Shown: positions 1 through 11,216 of the stretch, one piece after another
Layout of the letters: each line of letters begins with the position of its first letter
How positions within the stretch are numbered: the stretch's first letter is position 1
From: Oikopleura dioica
Lineage: Eukaryota > Animalia > Chordata
Assembly (NCBI GenBank): GCA_907165135.1
Contig: OU015569.1
Span: forward strand, 1,922,001 to 1,986,000
Length of the DNA stretch: 64,000 nt
Reading direction: 5' to 3'
Made by a program: the position numbers and the translations under genes
Notes under the pieces: generated by a model
Databases searched by the model: none
Seen by the model: only the letters and a program-made list of their open reading frames with translations
What the model was told of the DNA's origin: nothing

Positions 1-3000
1 TCTCCATTGAGGAAGAAGCCGAAAATTTCGAACATGTGAACATAATTGTTCGATTTACTTAACCCAGTTTTATACAAAGAAAACGCAACCAAAACGTTTA
101 AGATAAATGAGGGACGAAGAGTTTCAAAACTGTTTCTTGTGGCCAAATTGCTCAAATCTTCACCCGTGAAGATATGGCAAAGATCAGCCCGGCGAATGAG
201 CGCAATCAAGAACTCGAGAAACCAGGGAATATTTTCACATGGCCAGTTGCGAGCCATTTTGTGCCGGAAGTAGTCGAATATGACATCGATTAACCAACTG
301 ACTTCTGCACCAGGCTGCGATACGCGAACCTTCCAATCTTTAGTGAGGTTCTTTTTCAATGAATTTGAGTTATGAAGGTTTCGTTGTTTGGTGATTACTG
401 CAAGATCTAGCGGTTATCGTAACCAAAAAGCTTGAGCTCCCCCGGGACGCCAAAACGCAACCGGATTCAATGTTCGGAATACGGGCTATTTCGTTGATCG
501 ACTTTCGATCCGCGAATGAAATGATTCCGAAACTCTAGTTTTTAAACTAGAATTTAAATTCGGTAACATCAGAGCAATTTCTATTTTATGGTTTTGGAAC
601 CTTTCATTTGGTGGGTAATTCGACAGCTGCGATCTTGAGAGAAGTTAGACACATCGTGTTGAAATTGATTACGTTTCTCTGCTCCTGTTTGATCGACTCT
701 GAGGCAAGCATGGGACGGCAGGCCAGTGCCGATCGCCGGATAAACGTAGCCAGTACGTTTTCAGTCTCGCCCGCCTCTGGAAGAAAGCGCTCGTAACTTA
801 AGAATCAGTCATTCAGGATAAATTGAACGAGCGCCTTTTACCTAAAGAGCAGGCCAAAAGCTGACACGGACAAGTAATTGAGATCCTCAAGGGTGTGCGT
901 GTCCTTCGTGTCATTTTCTGACAAATAGAGTCGATACGATTTCCAGCAGTCGACGTGCGTTTTCTCGATCGAACGCTCGGAGGAAGAGAGCGAGTAGAAT
1001 GTAAGGAAGACTTTTTGAATCGTCTTCTTCTCGAGCGAACAAAACAGACTGTGATTCTCCAGCGCCTGCTTCAGGAAGAAAACGGCATTATAAATCAAAT
1101 CAATGGAGACAAAAGAAGCGCTGGATGGCTCTGTCAGCAAGGAGATCTCGCTGTGTAGTAGTTCTAGGAGCTTTGAGATGATTCTCTCCAGTTCAGGCTA
1201 GAGACAGGAGGGTAGAACTGTGAGTCATAGAAGGAATCATACCTGGCGGAGAGCACTTCTTGGAAAGATTAACTGGTTAAATGATAACTGGTCGTTGATA
1301 AGGCGCAGACTGAGCAATGATTTGTAGCAATCAATTTTTTGATGATAAATAACGTTCTGAAGAGATCCATTTTCTTGTGTCTTTTGGGTTAAGTGAATCA
1401 GGTACTCGAGGACGACGGGGAAGGCACACTGGAGATGGTTGCCAAGCTTGCGTTCGCTGAGCGTGAGCAAGTGCGTGAACATAAGTGAGTTGAAATAGCG
1501 GTGCTGTTCGGGGGTGAAGCAGTGTTGAACTGGGATGGAGCAGATGGGCATTCGGGTCGAGATAAATGTGTGGATAATCGAATAACAATGTTGAACATCG
1601 GATAGAATGAGGAAATTCGTATTAGAAACTGAAATATAAATTCTTAAAACAAATAACGGTATTTTTCATCGTTACCAAGTCGAAGAAGAAGTGAGAACAA
1701 TTTTTGAAAGTCTTGAAAGTTGAGATCGAGAGGAGGCGAATTTGAATTTTGAAGTCTCTTCTGAAAGAAATTGAAGATGTCGGTTGAAAGCTGGGCACTG
1801 ATGGTCTCCGAATGCATAGTCGAAAGAAATCGCTCGATCCTGTCGGTGGCAACTGAGAGATTTTCCTTCACAAGGGCTTTTTTCAGTCCACAAGAAAAAT
1901 AAAAAGAATAGATTATTGAGCGAGCCCGTTCCTCGAGAGGCAGATAAGAAAGAATGTTGGGTTCGGTGTTGACTTTGGACTCGCCATCTTTGTACATCTT
2001 TTCCAGCAGCGTGAGAAGAGCAAGCGATTTGTCGCTCTTTGGAAGATCGACCGAAGGACTCAGGACAGAGTCGCAAATGTCTTAAATGAAGATGATGATT
2101 GCTCTGTCAATGTGATGGTTGAAGAAAGGTACCTTTGAGTTTCTCGTCCGAATAGAGTTTGAAGAAATTGATACTGTCTTGAAAGATTGTGAACTTTTGT
2201 GGAAATGAATGCTCGCATGTGAGAATTGTTTTGACGAAGTTGTGGAGCAGGGCCAACGAGTACGGACTGAGGAATTCTTTTTGCTTTAGGAGGGATTGCT
2301 GGAAAAGGCACGAAATCGTGCTCCCCAGAGCAGCCGCGGTGGTGCAGCTTCGCGGCTCAGGAGCAGCAATCTCCAGCGCTCGCAGCAGAGTCACAAAGTT
2401 ATCGCAGCTTTCCCACAAATAGTCGCCGACGATCGGAACCGAAAGCAAAATTGCCTCTTACAAAAAAGTATTTAGCGAGCTTTGAGAATATGGGACTTAC
2501 CAGGGGCGAATTCTTTGCCGGCCTGTCTCGCAAGAAATTTACAGAAGTGAATGAAGTCGGAAGACGATTTGATTTTCTCTTGGAGATTTTGAAGAAGTTT
2601 TTTTTCCGAGTTTGTGCCTGATGTTTGACGGAAGAGGCGGCACAGCGTAAGAAGAAGTTGTTCCTTTTCTTTTTTGAAGAGGGAAAAGTGTTCGGTGAAA
2701 TTTTCCTGCTGCCCTGACATAATTTCGTTGATTTTAGGGTTAGACGCGTTAAAACGATAAAAACCGGGAAGCCTGGTTTTCGCTAGTTACCTATCAAATA
2801 GAGGAAATCCATGAATACTTCTATGACCGTTTCCTCTTCATTCGGACTAAGGAGACAAACAGACGAATCGAGAATCTTCTGATAAAGACAGCCATCCCAT
2901 CTGATGAGTCGTTTCGCCACGCTGAGCCAGAGGACTTTCCCCTCGCCGTTCAACTCTGCCGTCGAAAATTCCGAGCAAATGAATTCTGAACAAAACATTC

Positions 3001-3666
3001 CTTTCAAAAATCATATCATAAACTGTTACTGTACCGAAGATGCTTGTAAAGGTCTCGGACGTCTCGCAAATATGACAACCATTGATGAGAATGTAGATGA
3101 CTTTCAAGGTCCAGTACTTGCGCGTGAAAGAATCAGTCGATTTTTGAACGTATTCGAAGAGCTCTTCTGGTTCGTACTAAAACAGAAGTTCAAATAAAAG
3201 AAAAGGAAATGATGAACAACCTTGGCTGCATCTGTGACAAGGCGGACGATTTGCTCTTCTGTTTCTTTCGATTCAGGTGAGGAGGAAGAATTGACGATTT
3301 GCTGGTGAATGTCGGGGATTCGCGTTGCTTGACTTCGATTCTTTTCAGCGATTCACAAAAATAAGGGAGATAATTTTAAATGGAAAAGAAGTTGAGAAAA
3401 TTAACTTTTGAAAAATAATACAAAAATTCCGAAAGTCGGAGTGCTTAACGAAAGCAATTGCATCAAAATAAAACGATTTGATTCTGTGAGAGTGGATTTG
3501 GCTGCACTAGATTGTGCTTATCAAATTGGCTGGATTAGAGATAGCCCTTTAGCGACGTCGAGACGGTTCTCAAGGGGAGGATCACCCGGTTCATTTTCAA
3601 TTCAGTTTCAATCGCTGCCTGACTGTCGAGCGGGTTGTAGAGCTGACTTTGGAGGTTGCTCGACAT
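1..3666 (-). CDS. Large multi-exon protein of unknown identity (probably helical), runs off the left edge; 5' end uncertain
   Basis: Chain of open minus-strand exons (ORFs 2847-3107, 2472-2720, 2107-2448, 1644-1997, 1237-1551, 838-1140, and an open frame from about 340 to 1) separated by short GT-AG gaps. Leu/Phe/Ser-rich, no motif recognised. Candidate ATG at 3666 after a ctctttag acceptor. Confidence 0.55.
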
Positions 3667-4844
3667 CAATCCCCTCTAAAGAGATAAAACGTTAGCCTTT
3701 TTCGTTCTTTTCTTCCTTTTCCTGCTCATGTTGGCCGAAGAGACTGGCCTTGCCAAACTTTTAGTAAGTAGGCATCCGCCAAAATAGACTTTTTATCAAC
3801 TTAGTTCTCCATTTTTAAACTAATTTTGCAAGGACACCAGAATCAGATGTGAATAGGGAGGCGGACTATGTTCACTATCGGTGATTTTTAGAAAGAAAAA
3901 ATAATTGCAGAGGATTGTTAATAATTTCTACTTTTCGCCGATTTTTTCTGTTCTAATTTCCCGAGGTGGAAATTTCTGCACGACTACGGTAATTTGACAC
4001 GACTAAAATCGACTCGTTTTCCGATTTTCCAATTATTTTTTTTGGTACAGTTTACGAGAGACTATCGGTAAGGAAGAGAGGTCTGTGGGTTGAATCTCTT
4101 TCGCGAGCTGGAATTGAGAATCTGGCCGGAGAGAGAGAGAGAGTCGCTCGGGAGCAGCAAGATTGGTAGAGACGCGCCCAATCGCCGCTCTTCTCTCAGT
4201 CTGTCAGTCTTTCTTTCTCGCTTTTCCCTTTCCGAGGACATTTCCCTGTCAATCCACAATAATTGTGGTTTTTCAATCTATACATTCGTTGATTATTTCT
4301 ATTCGCATTTTTTCAACTCACATTAGATTTGCCTTGTCAATCAAATTCGATGATTCTTTTGTGTTAAATATCAATTACTGAAACTACACCGTATCTCATG
4401 CCCAAGAATTATTCACAGGAAGTTTACGGAGAGAAAAACTCATTGAATCCAACAGTTATTGTGGGATTTATCCAAATTTTATACACAATTGATTCGGTGA
4501 GAGCTTAGCTGTATGTTTAATACTTTGTTAATTCTCCTGTTCGTTACTGTGAGAACACAGTAGAGGAGAAAACCGTACTGTTAGATCTTGTGATTGATGA
4601 GACGAATCGTAAGACGCTTAAAAATATTATTGTTTTCAGAGGAACAATATTTTTCATCGAATTTGCGTCCGTAGCAGCTTTGCGTCTTCTCGTAGAGCAA
4701 CAGTTACTAGCATACAGACAGTATTCCGCAGCATGGTAAGACACGCAGCTAGAGACGGACGCTTTCTAGAACGGAGGCTATTTTCGACTAGAAGTTGCGT
4801 CACTTCCCGAAAGTTCGGGAGCCTAAATTATCGAGAGTATCCCA

Positions 4845-7800
4845 ATGACGTTAAATTCTCAGACAAACTTTCCCGTCGGAGGAATTCTGCCCAAGGATGA
4901 GACTGGAGTCGCGCAACTACTCGCCGAGAAACCCTACCTCGACGGGCGAGGACAAATCGTCGCTGTCTTAGATCAGGCAATGGCTTACAAAAAAAAGAAA
5001 ACCATTTTACTAAAAATAATCGTTCAAAACCATGATAAAAGGGCGTAGATCCCGGCGCAGCTGGCCTCATCGTCACTTCTGAAGGAAAACCAAAGGTCAT
5101 TGACGTGATCGACACTACTGGCTCTGGAGATGTGGATACGACCTCTGTGGCGAAAGTCGAAATCGCCGAAGATGGCTCGAAGTTCCTCACTGGCCTTACT
5201 GGCAGAAAACTGGTCCTTCCCGCCGAATGGAAGAACCCGAGCGAGAAGTGGAACGTAGGAGTTATCGACTTGACAAAGATCTTCCCAAGCTACCTAAAGA
5301 ACCGAATGAACAAGACCTGTAAAGACGAGGAATGGTCGCCAGCTTACAACAGCGCGCTCTCGAACGCACAGGACAACGTCAACCAAACTACGAGTTTGGA
5401 CGTTACTGTCCTCAAGAATCAGATGAAAAAAGAAAGCGCCAAGGAAACGTTGGAGGCGCTGAAAAAGCTCAACTCAGGATGGAAGAACCTGAGCTTCATC
5501 GCCGACGTCGTCGTCTGGAACAATGGAGAGGAGCTTGTCGCCGTTCTTGACTCATCGTTTCGCGGCGACTTGAGCTCTTGCAAAGTGATGCGTGATTACG
5601 CCACTGCGCAAGAATGGCACAAGCTCAGCGAGGAGACTCAGGTGGGTTTCAAAATTAGAGGGACAAATGCCTCAATTGAGCCAATCACAAGCTCGTATTT
5701 TTTAAAGGATGCACCCTCTTGAGGATGAAAAAACGCGATAACTCCGATAATATTGAATATATCGGAAATTCCAATGTTCGAGGCAAAGAGCATCAGATTC
5801 TGAACAGATTGATAATTTATTGTCTGGGGGTTCTATGGCTCTGGTCGGAGCTAGAGCAAAAGTAGTTTTGTCCCTCTAATTTTGAAACCCACCTCAGCTC
5901 AACTACAATTTCAAGATTTTCGACGACAAAATGGTCCAGGTCGTTTGCCCCAGCGGCTCTCACGGCACCCACGTCGCCGGAATCGTCGCCGCATATCACC
6001 CAGATGAAGAGGACAAGAATGGCATTGCTCCCGGTGCGCAGATCATTTCCGTCAAGATTGGCGACTCCCGATTGAATACCCTTGAAACGCAGGCAGGTTT
6101 CATTCGAGGCCTCCGAGCGGCTGTTCGTGGCGGTGCTTCCATCGCTAATTTCTCCTATGGCGAGCCGGCTAAATATCCAATGAAGGGCGCTTCAGCGCGT
6201 GAAATCACAGAGTGCTATCTCAAGCATAAAATGCTCTTCATCACATCGGCTGGAAACTCTGGCCCCGCTCTTACAACAGTCGGAGCTCCAGCTTCTATTT
6301 CCGATCATCTTCTTTCCGTCGGTGCTTTTGCCGCGCCCTCCTCCCACTTGCCATGCTATTCGTTGAAGGAACAAGGTCACGAAATCAACTACACGTGGTC
6401 CTCTCGCGGCCCCACCCAGGACGGAGGTGTTGGCGTCAACGTTTCAGCTCCCGGTGTTGCCATTACCGCCGTTCCCACCGCCACGTTAATGAATAATCAA
6501 TTGATGAACGGGACTTCAATGGCGGCTCCCTCTGCTGCCGGCGCCGCTGCTTGTATTCTCAGCTCGTTGAACGGCGAAGAATGGACCCCCGCTGGACTGA
6601 AGCGAGCTATGGAAAATGGCGCACGAACGATTCCAGGCGCTGAGAAAGAAACCCAAGGACGTGGTCTCATTCAGGTCCCCAAGTCTGCCGAAATCATTAA
6701 AAACGTTGATTCCGCGCATTATCAGCTGAAAGTTTCCGGTGGAAAGCGTGGCGTTTATCTTCGAGAACCATGGGAAACCGAAGAGATTCAGACGATTGCC
6801 ATGTCCGTCAAGCCGAGTTTTGTTCACCAAAAACCCAAGTCTGAAATTGTCGCCTTCGAAAAGCATTGTCTCATCAAGAACCCGGCGAAATCTTGGATCC
6901 GGGCTCCTGAATTCATTCATCTGAATTCCGGAGAGAAGCACTTCTCAATCGAAGTGGACCCGACGCGTCTTCCAGCCGGAGATTACCGCTCGGCGCACCT
7001 CACCGTCGTCGAATCCGGCAACGAACAAGAGGTGCTTTTTGTCATTCCTGTGACAGTTGTCAAGCCACTCGAGCTCGATCCAGGCGCAACCAAACAAAAG
7101 GAGCTCAACTTTTCACCTGGACAAATTGAGCGTCAATTCTTCAAAGTCCCAGTCGGTGCTAGCTACGCGAAGGTTTACCCTTTGGTTGTTATAAAACATC
7201 AACTTTGGTTGTTAAGGTCACTGTAGCTGCTACTGGATCTGAGACTGGCCGTTTCATGGTCCACGTCGCCCAGCTTGAAAACGAGAAGCACTTTGATGTA
7301 AAAACCGAAGAAAAGTTCTACTCACTCAACTCCACTGGTAATATCTAGCGTTCAAAACAATATTATAAAATATTCTTCAGAAGCACCAAAAGTGTTTGCT
7401 GTTCCAGTGAGTGAGTGTGGCACAGTGGAGCTTACTCTCGCCAAGTTCTGGTCGTCGCAAGGACAGTGCACTGCGCGCTGGTCGATCGAGTTCGGCGGCC
7501 TCTCCGTGACTAGTCCGACGGATCTAGCTCAATGCGCCAATGAGTTCATCATCAAGTCCCCTCTTCCCGAAAAGATCTTGCCAAAGGCAACTTTCGACCA
7601 GCTCGTCATTCCCATGGCGCCGCAGAATGTTTCCATCTGTCCGATCGAGTCACTTCCATACGATAAACCACTGAACGAGGCCGAGCGAACTTTCCTCGCA
7701 AAAATCGACTACTCCTTCTCTCTCGGCTCCAAAAGTGATATCACGATGAACTGCCCAACCCTCGAAGGGCTCCTCTACGAGTCCGAATTCTCGGAAACTC

Positions 7801-9575
7801 TCATTCATGTCTTCGATTCGCACAATAAGCACGTTTTTACGACAGAAGTTCTTAAGCCATCAAGCTGGAAGGTTAACCTTCCAAAGGCTGACTACAAGGT
7901 GCAAATGCACATCGCTGGTAATTAAAATAAACAAAAAAACTCAATTTTTAATTTTATAAATTTCTCGCAACTAGTTACTAACGATAGTAATTACCTTTTT
8001 GATGATTATACGTTCTTTCATTTTTCGTTTCTCGACTTTTTGTTTCTCTCTTATCTAGGCACGAATTACACGCTGCTGGAATCTCTGAGCAAAAATCTAC
8101 AACTTGATGTTCTCCAAAAACTCTCCAAGCCAGTTGCCGTCGATGCGTTCTGGAAGCATATGGACGCACTGGCGGGTGCACCCAAGGAAAGAATTGAAAA
8201 ATATTTTTCCGTAAAAAAGTCGTGTCTCACAGACGGTGACGTCGCCTTTAGACTTTGACATAAATAATCACTGTGATGGCATTTGGAACTGATTCTAGTT
8301 GTCTTGCAGACTCCGTTCTTTTTTTCAATTTTGCCAAGGCAAAGGACAAAACTCTAAAGCCTAACACACCCGTATCGCTGTACCTGGGCCCTGGAATGAC
8401 GGAGCTGGATCAGTCCGACCTTGCCAAGGCCGAAGGCGGTCGATACTTGAAGGGATCACTCACCATCCTCAAGGATGACGTAACCAAGAAGGTCGAGAAA
8501 CACAGGTACCCTGCTGACAACAGCGGTTTTACGCCCTGTTTATTTGAGCATCATCTCAATGGCGTTGTTGTTTTTGCGCGAGTTGTATCATGTAAAGCGC
8601 TGAGCTCAGCATGTCGCAAGATACTCAAAAGTGATTACTAAACGGATTTCGTTCAGCATTCGAATGAGCCTTCGCCCGCGCGCCAAGTCCAAGACTGACG
8701 CCCCGCCAAAATCTGAAAAGGACAATTCGATCGAAACAATCGAGCGCAACGCGAATGTCAGCTGGGTCAAGGCTGGCCATGGCGGTTCCGACTACTTTAA
8801 AGTTGCCGTCGAGAAGTACCCCGATCATGTCCCTCTCCATCACGTAATTGCTCATTTTCAGACATACTCATCTTCAACGATTTTTTAGGCTAGGTTGCAG
8901 TTTTTGACCAAAGAGTCCAAGGTCGGAGCCCCTGTCACCACTGACGAGGTTGCCAAGCTCTGCGAAGTCATCGAGCAACTTGTTGATTTGAAAACAGCCA
9001 TTTACAATAGCTCCATGAAGGTAATCCAAATTTCATTAAAGGATTCTGAGATGTTCTTTTCAGGGCAAGCTCACCGCTGATGAACAGAAACTGGTAGATG
9101 CGGCTAAAGAAGAAAAGGCGGCTCTTCAGCTTGCCACTGTAACGAAGATCAGAGCGAAGCTTAGCCAACACGAGAAGGGTGGCGATGACTCGGCCGTGTT
9201 AGAGCTACTCAAAAACCTGTTGAGAATGAATGACTTCATCGCAGAGGGCAAAGACAAAGAAGTCCTAAAGATGAATGTAGAAGTTGGAATGCGACTGGGA
9301 TTCCCTGGCCTTTCACTCAAGGTACGTAGATAAATCGTGGTTTACGTCTTAGATCATTAAACTCTTCCGTTGTAACAATTTACGAGCTCCAGGATGTTCG
9401 CATCTCTTTCAATATACATTTTTAGGCTGTCTCGAAGCTAACAGCCGACAGCGACTCAAAAGACCTTGCAAAAACGTTAGCATCACTGTATTCGGACTTG
9501 GGATGGGATTTTGCTGCAACGAACCAAGAGCAGAAGATCGTCGCCGACTTCCCTCATGCCCAGCTCTTTCTCTAA
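4845..9575 (+). CDS. TPP2: Tripeptidyl-peptidase II (S8 subtilase), multi-exon
   Basis: N-terminus FPVGGILPKDETG...DGRG, then VLD.GVDPGA, GKPKVIDVIDTTGSGDV, catalytic HGTHVAG and NGTSMAAP, WSSRGPTQDG and GRGLIQVP, all matching recalled TPP2 motifs. Stop TAA at 9573-9575. Confidence 0.97.
5641..5893. mobile_element. Non-autonomous TIR element (MITE) forming an entire TPP2 intron (5642-5897); introner-like
   Basis: Perfect 27-bp terminal inverted repeat GGTGGGTTTCAAAATTAGAGGGACAAA (5641-5667) versus 5867-5893. Flanked by duplicated TCA (equivalently CTCAG at 5637-5641 and 5893-5897). The GT donor lies in the TIR and the AG acceptor uses the duplicated flank. Confidence 0.92.
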
Positions 9576-10045
9576 ATAGACCCAAAATCGTTATTTCTTT
9601 CTCGTGCTAGGTCCAAGCCTGTCTTTTGTTTTCATAGGCTAGGACTTACTAAGACTCTATATTCCAAAAACCTAGTCACAGCTAAGTACCGCTGTGCCCT
9701 TTTATGCAACTTTAAACATGTTTAAAAAGTAACCTCAAACAAGCGAAACAACCTATAAAGAATAATATCATTTGTCTCTTAGTTCTATTTTTAATTTCGA
9801 ATGCAATGCTTCATATTTTTAAGTTTCTATCTTCTCGAAGTTCACTTTCAAGAAGTCCACAATTCCGGAGTTCATATTGTTCCGTTTCCACTTTTTGATA
9901 TTGAATAAATTTCAAGCTATAAACGTGTGTGAGTGTTAGAGTAGTAGGTTTACCAGCTGTACTAGACTGTCCCCAATGAGACAGTCAGAGCACTGCCGAT
10001 TATTGTTGATGATCTGGAGTTGAAAATTGCAGACGTGAGTTAAGA

Positions 10046-10978
10046 ATGAGCGAAGTTGTGAAGCTGATCTTATGCGGCGACTCGGCTGTTGGCAAATCCA
10101 AATTGGGTAAATAGAAGCTAGATGTCTAGATTTCAGCGGCTCGTAGCTTCACTTTTCATGCTCTCATCAGATCATAATTCACATCCATTTCATCACACTT
10201 AACTAATTTTGCTTTTAAAACACTCTTGTATTCGAAATGCCACGATTTCAAAAGCCGCAAAATAAGAAGAAAATGAGTGTTTACCATTCAGAAAAAAAAT
10301 GAGTGAAATAACATCAATCATTCGTCTTTCAAAACAATCGAAACTAAATTGTCAATCCTAGTCGAGAGATTTCTCATGGACGATTACAGCAAGCACACGT
10401 CCTCGACGTACGCCATCACTAAGTTCACACAAGACGTAGACGTCGATGGTCAAAAAGTGAAGGTGGATCTGTGGGACACCGCAGGACAGGTACTTTCATT
10501 CTATCCAAAGAAGAACAAAGTCAAAATGACCCGTATTTAGGAACGTTTTAAAACGCTCCATTCGGGCTTTTATCACGGTGCGCACGTGGCAATTCTAGTG
10601 TTTGACTCGACGCGCAAAATAACGTATCGAAACCTGCAGGACACGTGGTATCCTGAATTAAGAAAATATCGCGAGAATATTCCAGTTCTAGTTATCGCAA
10701 ATAAAATTGATGAAAATCAAAAAGCAACGACGATCAAATTTAATTTCCCAGCCAAGCACGGGCTCTACATGAATTACACATCTGGTAAAATAAGAAACAG
10801 CTCTGTAGAGAAAAGTATATCACCTTTAGCGGCTGACGGACGAAACGTAGTGAAAGTTTTCCACGACGCACTGCGCGCCGGAGTCAAATACAAGAAAGAC
10901 ACTTCTTTGCACAGCTTCAGCGAAATGATCACACAAGAGCTCGACCAGTGGGACGATTCCGACGAAGATGCAAGTTAA
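10046..10978 (+). CDS. RABL2: Rab-like GTPase 2 (4 exons: 10046-10106, 10362-10489, 10541-10784, 10830-10978)
   Basis: VKLILCGDSAVGKSKLVERFLMD, DLWDTAGQERF, IANKID and SAADGRNVVKVF match the recalled RABL2 sequence. All introns GT-AG and in frame. No CAAX box. Confidence 0.93.
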
Positions 10979-11216
10979 TTACCCTTACTCAGCCTCGCTA
11001 GATTCCCTTCTCTCATTCTTCGTAGCCTTTTCGCTGTTCCGCGAGCCGTTAATTTGTTTCCTTACTATTTCAACTCCCCGTTCGATTTTCTGTTTTGATC
11101 TCCTCACTGTTGCGCCTTTATATTTTTCTAGCAATGATTTTTATTTTTGTTATGTTTGTTAAAATCCTCGTCTTAATATCGTTGATTCTAGTTGCTCGAA
11201 ATCGGTAATGTAAGAG

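Noticed and set aside
4400-4830. Possible small plus-strand spliced gene before TPP2
   Set aside because: Splice-like signals are present, but different frames give incompatible short peptides and none is recognisable.
5700-5810. C/D snoRNA inside the TPP2 intron
   Set aside because: No proper RTGATGA C box, and the intron is better explained as a MITE.
8506-8645. Possible GT-CG non-canonical intron in TPP2
   Set aside because: An in-frame GT-AG solution (acceptor at 8620) exists. It cannot be decided without RNA data, and no TIRs were found.
10107-10361. RABL2 intron 1 (255 nt), nearly the same length as the TPP2 introner
   Set aside because: No terminal inverted repeats, no TSD and no similarity to 5641-5893. 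An apparent AT-start (U12-like) donor disappears once the GT at 10107 is used.
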